A program made the position numbers and the translations under genes. From assembly GCF_031769215.1 (NCBI RefSeq), contig NW_026782097.1, positions 434,001 to 498,000 on the forward strand: a DNA stretch of 64,000 nucleotides. The letters run 5' to 3'. Below, in pieces: positions 53,301 to 64,000 of the stretch (its first letter is position 1; every line of letters starts with the position of its first letter). A model generated the notes under the pieces. The model ran no database searches, was not told the origin of the DNA, and was given only the letters and a program-made list of their open reading frames with translations. Source of the stretch: Ylistrum balloti. Its lineage: Eukaryota.

Positions 53301-53538
53301 TGTATTTGATAATTTTCAAATTCACATGGTGTATATTATTTGTATTTGATAATTTTCAAATTCCAGAAAAGGTTAAGATCCTTAACTTTGTTATACATCT
53401 GTCTTCTTCACTAGGTCTTCGTCAGTGATGCTACGTAATTTAAATCCTGCGATGAATCAAAAGTTGATGAATGTCAAATGCATTTTCTAATTTTCAATAT
53501 TGTCATTGTAACACAATGTGTTTAATTTGTGGCCCAAT

Positions 53539-56500
53539 TAGTCCGGTGGCAGATACCATCAGGCGTGCATCGCTGTCCGTTCAAAGATTTTTTGCTGTTT
53601 CTATATCACTGATTTGTGCTCTTTCAAAATCTGTATGATGCCATTCTGTCGTCCTTGGGCAATCCGAACAATCTGCAAATGAAAGACGCCATTACCGAAA
53701 ATCTTGTTTTTATCAATTTTTCAGTAACAATGAATGGTATCGAAATAAATCTTGGTGTCTATCCCCGTGATTTGAGTCATTTCAGTGAAGAACGCACCAA
53801 TGGTTTTATTACTGAAAATCTTGTTTATGTCAATATCTCCATGATTACACGTGGTATCAAAATAACTTTTGTGTTCATACCTATGTTCTAAGAGGTAAAG
53901 CATCGGCTTGGGCCATTCCAGAATTGATCTTTCTGCAAAAGAATTAACAATCAACTTTAGCGTGTATGGGAATCGTCGAAGAACATTCCAATTACTTGTG
54001 CTGATACATGTTGTCGGTCACCAAAAACGTCAGAAACATTGTCGCTGTCAGCACTACGTCGGGTGTGCTCATTCTGGCAGTCTACTTCCCCGTGGCATAA
54101 ACAAAACATTGTGCACGGCTGGTGAGCTTTGTAGCATCCACACATTGTTGCGAATAGGTATTATCCGTAGCACAACGAAACACCTTATCATTTCCAGTAC
54201 CTCCAGTGGAGTAACAATGACGTCTGGTTGCACTGTTACTTGTGTCACGCATCGGGTACGGTCGTCACGTCCCCATTCGAACTGGACAGGATCCAATGCT
54301 GGAGGTTCTGAATCAAGAGCAGACTTCGAAATGACAGTTTGAATGTTCATCCGCGTTACGTTTTTTCTGCCCATCATTCTTGACCAGAACTCTCTCCGGG
54401 CCTCAGACATGTTCAACGTGACCGAGACTTTGACCCCGTAGCATGCAGCCATGAATGCTGTTGCTTCTTGAATTATGTCATCCATGTCTTCAGATAGTAC
54501 ACCCAATTTCTGCAGTGCTATACCATTCTTGAGAACTTTGATGACTTTGCTTTTCCCTATTCCGAAGCACTGAGCGACAGTGTCACACCCTGAAAGGCAG
54601 TTGTGAGAGCAAGTGTCCATTTTCATTTGCAGTGGCACCAATGTCTATAGTAGTTCGTTCAGCGTTTGATTCTTCCATTGTAAGACAACAAGTCAAGTTC
54701 AATCTGGAGGGTTGTGAATCTACCGCTTATGACATTTTAAACAATGTTTCCGATGAGAGCGGCTGGTAAAGTGTAATCCAACTTTGTGGAAAGTTGGACA
54801 GCAATGATAGTGGCACTAGCACAGTCAAGGGCAATGTTCATATTGAATCTTGTATGATACTTCTTTTCATCAACTAATGATTCCTTTACATCATGGACAA
54901 TCTGGTTGGCAACTTTGTCAAGTCCAATCCCAACATCTTCTTCATCACAGCTCGACACTAGCATCAACAAACTTGATGCTGTACTTCGAAACACAAGACG
55001 ACTAGTAACACCTGTGCCACTCAGCACTAATGCCTTCTCCGAACTGGTATAGGTCGTATAATTCGATGGAATTCCAAAATCGCGATGATTTTGCTCTCAG
55101 TGTATTGACTGTCGTTTCAAAAGAAACATCCACCTCCTCTTGACTGCTACTAGATGCTGCTGACGCTGACTTCACTGATTGAGATGAACAGAACTTCTTG
55201 TAGCAGTCTGTGTGGTATCTACCATCGGCTGCATGCAGATCACTCACTGCCCCAGTCAAACGTCAAACTTCGTGTCCCCAGTTATCCTTACGAGATCTGC
55301 AGATATCTAGAATGGTTTCCTTATAATTCTTTCTCCCCTCACCATGGTCTGATGTCCTACATAGAACAACACTTCTCCACCTATCTGGATCAATGTCGAA
55401 GCATTCAGAAAAGCCAATGCTGCCTGACGTTCAAGGTTGTCGATCCGGACCGACGCAAACGTTTTACTGCAGATGTCTCTTCGGAACATTTTGATGGGCT
55501 GAGCTTATTCAAGTGCCTCTTGATGTGAGGTCTGGATGTATATGTAGATACATAGTCTCTATGACAAAGAACCTCTAAATGTTTGTCTGCGGAAAGTCTA
55601 GTCTCGAGATCATCATGGAGAAAATCATATCTCCGTTTACTTGATTCAAAAATAGTCTGTATCCTATCAGTGCTTGCTTCGCTAAGTTTCTCCTTGCTTC
55701 CATCTCCATTACAGAGGAAGCAACACCCTTCCATCCCTAAACTCTACCTAGAAGATATATTTTTGTTTATATTCTGATTAACATTTGCTGATCAATTACT
55801 GATAGTGAAACAAAGAAGTCTGTTCTAACAAATATCTTTATACGATGTCCGAGTTCTACATACCATCTGAACGACCTGTTTCTCCACCTTCAGTTTATGT
55901 AACCGGGATGACACTGTGAGCTTGGGTGACTCTGTATGCATTGACGCGGTTTAACGTCTCATCCGAACAACGGTGCTTCAGTTCGTCTGCTCCTTCACCT
56001 TCATATAGGTTTTTTTTCAACTCTGTAGACCCTGTCAGCTTGGGCAACTCTGTACAAGTGTACACGGTTCAACGTCTCATGCGAACGACGGTGCTGCAGT
56101 TCGTCTGTTCCTTCCCTTTCATATCAGGATAGGCGCTTAACTATCAGAACAGTTTCTGCTTTACATGGTCGTTACAGCTGAGATTATCGATGATGGAGGT
56201 CTTCTTTTGCACATTCCACGGGAAACAGTTGTGTGGTTATTAATAGAATGGCCTAATTCTGTGCCCCTCAAAACATGGGATGGGACGTCCATTTTTTTTT
56301 TTTTTTTTTATACCACATGTTCCTTACTGAAATCGCTTAATCCGATTCTTTGCCCCTCATAACATGGGGGTAGAAACCAAAATCGTTTTGACACCATTTA
56401 TAAGCACTGTGAAATTGATGAAAGCAATGGCGGACTTCATTTGTACGGATTGACCAAGGATGACAGAGTGGCATTATACAGATTCTTGAAGAGCACACTT

Positions 56501-56565
56501 CAGAGAAATTGAAAAGGCAAAAAAACCTTTGTACGGACGGCATTGCAATGTTCTCGAAAAATCTT
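53539..56565 (-). mobile_element. Internally deleted Academ(X)-like DNA transposon remnant (XPG/H3TH-like nuclease motif + Cys-rich tail)
   Basis: Broken minus-strand ORF: CFLC..HRDYVSTYTS, HAADGRYHTDCY, SGCDTVAQCFGIGKSK (H3TH-like) and CGC..CTMFCLC..C (CXC-like). The left end starts TAGTCCGGTGGCAG. There is an imperfect inverted repeat between 53568-53601 and 56511-56545. The outer right terminus and ~100 bp of host flank are missing. The superfamily call is from remembered domain content. Confidence 0.6.
55915..56128. repeat. 117-bp (39-codon) internal duplication in the transposon 5' region
   Basis: Minus strand YEREGTDELQHRRSHETLNRVHLYRVAQADRV versus YEGEGADELKHRCSDETLNRVNAYRVTQAHSV. Confidence 0.75.
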
Positions 56566-57432
56566 TACAGTATACCTGCTTAATCATGAGCCAAACAGTA
56601 AAAGTAAGGTTTTCATTTTTCAGTCATTCTTTTAATCTTAACATGTAAACCGCTGGAGGGCTTTGTCAATAAATTGCGTGTCATAAGTAAAAATATGTAA
56701 TCGTGGTGTAAATTGTTCCTCAAATGTATGGAATGTACCGTTATAACAGATACGTGTTTACTTCAGACAGTGTTGAAGTCGGCTACACAAACATTTCCTT
56801 TTAACTGATCCATACGTTGAGAACATCGATCCTCAAGTGGAGATAACTGAGTAAAATCTTCATAGCACTAAGAAAATCCATAATCCAAAAATATTTTGAT
56901 GGTTCAATCCAACAAGAATAGGCCCGATGAATTGAAATGGCCCTGGATAACATCACCATAGAACCAAAATATATCTGCTGCTTCAATATCACGAAATAAA
57001 TTACAAACACATCTTTTTAAAGAAAAATACCTTTTATTAATTGTAAAACATTTTTGGTAATAAATAAATGGCAATGGTAAATTCTGATTGACAGGATGAA
57101 TCTGCAAAAGAAGAGAAATATCATTAGACATTAGACAAGATCAATACATTAATATCATCGTAACGGAATATGAGTAGGTTATTTCTGTATAAATTTCCTT
57201 ATACATCTACAGGTTGTGTTATATCTATATGTATTAACGTACATACTGGTATTTCTAACGACTAACGTATACGCCGTATCAGATGTATCATATTATAATT
57301 ATCGATATGCCTGTATCCCGTACTGTAACAATTTCCACTAACACAACTGGCATCAAACATTTACCAAAGAAAACAAGATAATAGTCAACAATGAATATTA
57401 CCTGGAAGTTTTTCTAATGGCGCACAATTGGC

Positions 57433-57907
57433 TTAATATCCACCAAATCTTGAGCTCCGTCTCATCCACCTGTTTCCGTATCCACGTCCGTAGCCTCCAT
57501 ATCCGTATCCACCGTGTCCGTAGCCTCCACGACCGTAGTAGTTTCCATATCCGGTTCCCAATCCCCCATAACCAAGGAGGCCAAAGTCGTTTCCGTATCC
57601 ACCGTCTAAAATTGATCCCAATCCATATCCATAGGAATTACCTGAAATAGATCGTTTTACATACAGACTTTAATTCCTGAACTCTTTTAATTAGTAAATA
57701 CATTTTTGATCAAGAAAACGGCATCTCAGAAACGTTGAATGAATTAATTTTCGAAATGATGTGACAAAATGTTCGTTGTTGATCATTTTATACGGTGAAA
57801 ATGTTGTGTAGTATATATCCGAAATTTCTGTTCATCCAGTACTTACCATAATAATGGCAGAGACCGCTAGCCACAAGGCAGGACAGGAGAAACATTACCT
57901 TCAGCAT
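57433..57907 (-). CDS. GY-family copy 6, 89 aa (subtype B)
   Basis: join complement(57433-57641,57847-57907). MLKVMFLLSCLVASGLCHYYGNSYGYGLGSILDGGYGNDFGLLGYGGLGTGYGNYYGRGGYGHGGYGYGGYGRGYGNRWMRRSSRFGGY. Exon 1 at 58438-58479; introns 1 and 2 largely unlike subtype A; 3'UTR intron 57102-57401. Confidence 0.92.
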
Positions 57908-58475
57908 GGTGTCGGTTAGGTGGCTACTGAAACACACCAAACATACGTTTACTCTAATTACACTGTGATTAAAGAGTGATCAGCAACTAAAACATACAAC
58001 ACTGTCCGAATGAATTGCTGTTAAATAAATAACATTATAATCGTTTATATTAGATAAAAATAAAACATCCTCTGTCCATGTCACTAGTTTTTCAAAAGGG
58101 CAATTGAGAAAACAACGGACCCTTGGTATATATTGAGTAGAGAGAACGACTTTCATTACAACATACGTGAAAAATATATGTTTGTCAGGAAGAAAGAAAT
58201 ATCCGGATGAACGTTGTTCATAGTTGCAAAAGTAGAAACGAAAAATAATTTATTTCGATAATTAGGTAACTTCGTTTACGGTAACCACGGAATTTTTATC
58301 ACAATCTCGTAGTTACAATAAATTTTACAAATAGACGCAGATTTAATATAAGATTTACAGATTGGAGCTTTACGCTAGAATGATCAGGTAATCTTATCAC
58401 ATACAGCTCTAAGATGATTGCAATGACAGACACTTACCTAGAAATCAGTGCGATTCGATGCCGAGTTAAGATTAC

Positions 58476-58510
58476 GAGTGACTTTTGGTCGGTTCTCAGA
58501 CATATTTATA
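58476..58510 (-). promoter_or_regulatory. TATA box + initiator of copy 6
   Basis: TATAAATA at complement 58503-58510; TCACTC with A at 58479 (31 nt). Confidence 0.7.
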
Positions 58511-59608
58511 CAAGTTGATCAAGGAAACAAGGAAATATATCTCAAATGCGATTCGTTAAAACGGCAAAGATGACAAATGACCAGAGTGTGACGCATCAGT
58601 ACCAATAGTGACCTGTGTCCAGTCATACTGCTACGAACAGGTCATAAAAACTGCCCTAGGCATACGGACAACTGCGTAAAAGCTACCTGTAAATATGAAT
58701 GAAAGGCATGTCAGGGTTCTTTTACTATTAAGTATTGTTTTTTTTGGGAAAATGACATTTTGGCACAATTCTGAGAACTTGCAATTTTTTATACTAGAAC
58801 CTCGTATAAACTTTCTACTGCAATCGTTTGTTTAATCTTCGAATCTCAATTGTTTTGATGGGTAAAAATATATCCATGGTCTTAGCTATTGTGATCGTGA
58901 AATAGGACCGTTTTGTTAGCATGGAAAATGATAAATCTGACGAATTCATGTAATAGATTTGCTGTTCAGATAAATTACTTTCAAATAGCTCTCTGAAACC
59001 ACTTGAATTCAGTCAACATCGCGAAACCGACACTAGAGAAAAAGATATAAATTGAGAAAACCATCTTCATTCCAATAATGACATCTTTCAGAATATTCAA
59101 CGTAACTGACATTGTTCTAAAGTTATTATAAATGACAGAAAAAATTATTGAATATTAAAAGAACAACTTAATCATACAGTTTACTTTACTACTTTACTCT
59201 GAAGTATCGAATTCTAAAATTGTACTGACAGACGCTAATCTTTTGTGTGAATTTTGCATACTTTTCATTTGTTATAGAGGTCGGCTAATGATCAAATACC
59301 AAGTGATATTAAATACATTACGTCATCACAAAATATGCAATGTAACTACAAATACAAATAGATATCCTTGTGTCAAGATTAAACGGGGTAATCGAGAACC
59401 CTATGTAGCCGAGGTAGGTTATCTGACACTGAAGAAGTCATGCGTATCATTACATGTCGGGTATTTTGTAATAAGCTAATATGTTTACTATACAGGAAAA
59501 AGACATTTTTTTACAGACCAGTATGCCCATCCAATGTAAAAGAAAGGAAACAGCAAATGAAATTATATTTCATAACATGACCATTTCAGTATCAACCTAA
59601 CCAACATC

Positions 59609-60099
59609 ATGCTGAAGGTAATGTTTCTCCTGTCCTGCCTTGTGGCTAGCTGTCTCTGTCATTATTATGGTAAGTACTGGATGTACAGAATTTTCACAAG
59701 TAAATTGACGAACATCAAAAATTTTGTTGTCACCAAATTTGCATTTTTGGCTACATCAGCAAGACGATTTATGAAATTGATACACGTTCAATGCTTTCTG
59801 TAAGTTTAATTTTCTCCATGTTTTACCAAAATTGTTTTATATCCACATTATTTTTGCAGGAAATTCTTATGTGTATGGTCTGGGATCAATATTAGACGGC
59901 GGATACGGATACGGACATTGGACTTGTTGGTTATGGTGGACTGAGGTCCGGATATGGAAACAACTTCGGTCGTGGAGACTACGGACTCGAAGGCTATAGA
60001 TATGGAGGCTACGGACTCGAAGAATACGGATATGGAGGCTATGGAGGTGGATACGGAAACAGGTGGATGAGACGGAGATCTAGATTTGGTGGATACTAA
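59609..60099 (+). pseudogene. GY-family copy 7: +1 frameshift, 30-nt internal duplication, lacks the family promoter and exon 1
   Basis: Exons 59609-59669 and 59860-60099 (240 nt = 209+30+1). ggatacggaTACGgacatt replaces ggatacggaAATgacatt, giving a premature TAG at 59997-59999. Homology to paralogs stops upstream of ~59454. Confidence 0.85.
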
Positions 60100-61674
60100 G
60101 TCAATTGTCGCAAGTCGCAGGTAATATTCATTATTGGCTGTTTTCTTGTTTTCTTTGGTAAATGTCTGATGTCAGTTGTTATAGTGGAAAGTGTTACAGT
60201 AAAGGATACAAACATAACGACAATTATAATATGATAGATCTGATCCGACGTAAACGTTAGTCGTTAGAAATACCAGTATGTACGTTAATACACATAGATA
60301 TAACACAACCTGTTTATGTATAAGGAAACTTGTTCTGAAATAACCTACTCAAATTCCGTTACGATGATATTAATGTATTGACCTTGTCTATTGTCTAATG
60401 ATATTTCTCTTCTTTTGCAGATTCATCCTGTCAATCAGAATTTACCATTGCCATTTATTTATTACCAAAAATGTTTTACAATTAATAAAAGGTATTTTTC
60501 TTTAAAAAGATGTGTTAGTGTTTTATTTCGTGATATTGAAGCAGCAGATATATTCTGGTTCTATGGTGATGTTATCCAGGGCCATTTCTATTCATCGGGC
60601 CTATTCTTGTTGGATTGAACCATCAAAATATTTTTGGATTATGGATTTTCTTACTGCTATGAAGATTTTACTCAGTTATCTCCACTTGAGGATCGATGTT
60701 CTCAACGTATGGATAAGTTAAAAGGAAATGTTTGTGTAGCCGACTTCAACACTGTCTGAAGTAAACACGTATCTGTTTTAACGGTACATTTCGTACATTT
60801 GAAGAACAATTTACACAATGATTACATATTATTATTTATGACATGCAATTATGGACAAAAAAACATCCTACAGTTTGCACATTAAGATTAAATGAATGAC
60901 TGAAGAATGAAAACCTTACTTTTACTGTTTCGCTCATGATTAAGCTGGTATACTGTAAATATCATGTTACTTTTAATTCTACATGGATAAAGCATGGAAA
61001 GAATCATCATATCTACATTCTCTGTTAGGTTTGGTAATGGTCCATTGGGGCACAAATTAAACACATTGTGTTACAGTGACAATATTGAAAATAAGAAAAA
61101 GTATTGAACATCCAGTAACTTTTGATTCATCGCAGGTTTTCAATTACGTAGCATCACTGACAAAGACCTAGTGTATGAGACAGATGTATAACAAAGTTAA
61201 GGTTCTTAACCTTTTCTGAAATTTGAAAATAATAATTTAATACAAATAGTATTGCCATAAGTGTTTCTTTCACCAAAAAGATATTTCAGCAGAGCCTTAT
61301 TAAATTCAATTCATTTTGTTGTTGAAACCGTAAATCCAATGTTTTACACACAACATTTATGAATTGAAAAATCTAAATCATGACCTTCATCATTTACACA
61401 CCTGATAAATACCATTCAGGATCGAAACAAAATTATAAAAATGTACACTCCCTGTATGACGGATAACTAGAAATTAACGTAATATGAGATATATATTGTA
61501 CACTGTAGTTTAATAGCCATTTCGCGTTTTAGAACGGTCTTAGTAATGTAAACTAAAGTACATAATTCATCATATAAACCGTAATTTGTGATCTGACGAA
61601 AATATATCAATATAATATTAATATATTATATATTCATCATTATACAAAGATATTGAAATATCAAGGAAAACAAA

Positions 61675-61732
61675 CCAGGAATCGAACCCGTATCACCGGC
61701 GTGATAATCGACGGACTCTAACAGCTGAGCCA
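61675..61732 (-). mobile_element. tRNA-derived SINE-like head / pseudo-tRNA (paralog of 35149)
   Basis: TGGCTCAGCTGTTAGAG..TCACGCCGGTGATACGGGTTCGATTCC; A and B boxes present, no acceptor stem. Confidence 0.55.
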
Positions 61733-62185
61733 AAGAAGCTGGTTCCGTCAGGTCAGTGACAGAGACCGTAGTTAACATTTTTTACAGGCCACACAAGCTC
61801 ATTTTACAATTTTGATTTTTACAGACCAAACAGGTTTATTCCAAAAGAGAATCGAATGCACCATGCTTACGTTTCAACCACTGTTTTTCTAACTTAAAAA
61901 CAAATATGATCTTTCATCCAAATCAGGTAGTTTTCAACACTTGGAATTATACATTTTCGTCAGATCACAAATTACGGTTTATATGATGAATTATGTATTT
62001 TACATTACTAACACTGTCCTAAAACGCGAAATGTCTATTAAACTACAGTGTACAATAGGTATCTCATATCACATTAATTTCTCCACATTTTAGTTATCCA
62101 TCATACCGGGAGTGCAAATTTTGATAATTTTGTTTCGACTCTGAATGGTATTGATCGGGTGTGTTAATGTTTGAGATAATGATGT

Positions 62186-62528
62186 AGATTTTTCAATTCA
62201 TCAATGTTGTGTGTAAAATATTGCATCTACGGCTTCAAACAAAATGAATTAAATTGTGTGGTGTTATATAATAAGGTTCTACTCGAGTATCTTTTTGGCG
62301 GAAGAAATACGTATGGCATGGTGTATATAATTTGTATTTGATAATTTTCAAATTTCAGATTTTCAATTCATATATGTTGTGTGTAAAATATTGCATCTAC
62401 GGCTTCAAACAAAATGAATTAAATTGTGTGGTGTTATATAATAAGGTTCTACTCAATTATCTTTTTGGCGGAAGAAATACGATTGGCATGGTGTATATAA
62501 TTTGTATTTGATAATTTTCAAATTTCAG
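62186..62528. repeat. ~170-bp tandem duplication in the copy-8 downstream flank
   Basis: agatttttcaattca..gataattttcaaatttc occurs twice (starts ~62186 and ~62357). Confidence 0.85.
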
Positions 62529-63660
62529 AAATGAGTAAGAACCTTAACTTTGTTATACATCTGTCTTGTTCACTAGGTCTTCGTCAGTGATGCTACCTTA
62601 TTGAAATCCTGCGATGAATCAAAAGTTGATGGATGTTCAATGCATTTTCTAATTTTCAATATTGTCATTGTAACATAATATGTTTAATTTGTGGCCGAAT
62701 GGACCATTACCTAACCTAACGGAGAATGTACATGTGATGATTCCTTCCAAGCTGTATCCATGTGGACTTGAAAGTAACATAATATTTACAGTATATCTGC
62801 TTAATCATGAGCGAAACAGTAAAAGTAAGGTTTTCATTCTTCAGTCATTCTTTTAAACTTAACATTAAACCGGTGTGGGGGCTTTGTCCATAATTGCTTG
62901 TCATAAGTAAAAATATGTAATAATTGTGTAAATTGTTCTTCCAATATACGAAATGTACCGTTATAACAGATACGTGTTTACTTCAGACAGTGTTGAAGTC
63001 GACCAGACAAACATTTCCTTTTAACTTATCCATACATGGAGAACATCGAGTGGAGATAAGTTAGTAAAATCTTCATAGCAGGACGAAAATCCAAAATCTA
63101 AAAATATTGTGATGGTTCAATTCAACAAGAATATTCCCGAGGATTTTAAATGCCCCTGAATAGCATCACCAGAGAACCAGAATCTATTTGTTTCTTCAAT
63201 ATCACGAAATAATTACAAACACATCCTTTTAAGGCAAATACATTTTATTAATTGTAACATATTTTTGGTAATAAATTAATGGAAATGGTAAATAATGCTT
63301 GACAAGATGAATCTGCAAAGAAAGAGAAATAACATTAGACAATAGACAAGATCAACATCTTATTATCATCGTAACGGAATATGAGTAGGTTATTTCTGTA
63401 TAAATTTCCTTATACATATACAAGTTGTGCTATATCTATGTGTATTAATATATACAATAATATATAATTACAAACTGGAATTACTTACGACTAACGTATA
63501 CGTTGGATCAGATATAGCATTTTACTGTAATCGTTATGTTTGTATCTTGTACTGTAACATTTTCCAGTTAAACAACGGGTTTCAGACATTTACCAAAGAA
63601 AACAAGAAAACAGTCAACAATGAATATTACCTGGAACTGTAAGAACTGGCGACAATTGAT

Positions 63661-63869
63661 TTAGTATCCACCAAATCTAGATCGCCGTCTCATCCACCTG
63701 TTTCCGTATCCACGCCCGTAGCCTCCATATCTGTATCCACCGTGTCCGTAGCCTCCACGACCGTAGTAGTTTCCATATCCGGTTCCCAACCCCCCATAAC
63801 CAAGGAGGCCAAAGTCGTTTCCGTATCCACCGTCTAAAATTGATCCCAATCCATAGCCATAGGAATTAC
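63661..63869 (-). CDS. GY-family copy 8 payload exon (subtype B); signal exon lies beyond the window end
   Basis: Acceptor ttttag| at 63869, 209 nt to TAA: GNSYGYGLGSILDGGYGNDFGLLGYGGLGTGYGNYYGRGGYGHGGYRYGGYGRGYGNRWMRRRSRFGGY. 3'UTR intron 63313-63630; AATAAA at complement 63244-63249. Confidence 0.88.
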
Positions 63870-64000
63870 CTAAAATAGATAGTTTGACATATAGACTTTA
63901 ATTCCTGATATTTTTTGATAAGTAAATACCTTTTTGATCAAGAAAACGGCATCTCAGAAACGTTGAATGAATTAATTTTCGAAATGATGTGACAAAATGT

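Noticed and set aside
53616-56362. Plus-strand ORFs (53616, 53908, 55154, 55583, 55926, 56165)
   Set aside because: Antisense to, or in the non-coding ends of, the transposon remnant.
29042-63869. Naming the family shematrin, KRMP, prisilkin or suckerin
   Set aside because: Only compositional similarity; the signal peptide, size and C-terminal motif do not match those families as I recall them, and no search could be run.

Overview
AT-rich eukaryotic (spliceosomal-intron) DNA. The repeat content suggests a mollusc, possibly a bivalve; this is inference only. The main feature, from 29 kb to the window end, is a tandem/inverted array of eight paralogs of a small secreted Gly/Tyr-rich protein (89 aa: MLKVMFLLSCLVASGLC signal peptide, GYG/GGY/GLG low-complexity body, C-terminal RWMRRxxRFGGY). 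Six are complete ORFs, one is frameshifted and one runs off the window. The ORF track misses the gene models because they are spliced: TATA + Inr, non-coding exon 1, a 61-nt signal-peptide exon, a 209-nt payload exon, and a 3'UTR intron about 30 nt after the stop. The copies sit head-to-head and tail-to-tail in large imperfect palindromes, with signs of sequence exchange between arms. Upstream on the minus strand are a divergent relative with the same signal exon and architecture but an Asp/Tyr/Trp/Arg-rich payload (11.4-14.6 kb) and an orphan Gly/Arg/Trp-rich, RGD-containing terminal exon (18 kb). Together they look like an unannotated, fast-evolving secretory structural-protein locus (shell, periostracum or adhesive type); no known gene symbol can be supported. 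Also present: a multi-exon kinase-like pseudogene broken by an 8-bp duplication, a candidate 51-aa gene, many minisatellites, degenerate Penelope-like, Tx1/L1-like and CR1-like retroelements, an Academ(X)-like DNA transposon remnant, a 73-bp MITE and tRNA-derived SINE-like heads. No rRNA, functional tRNA or CRISPR array.
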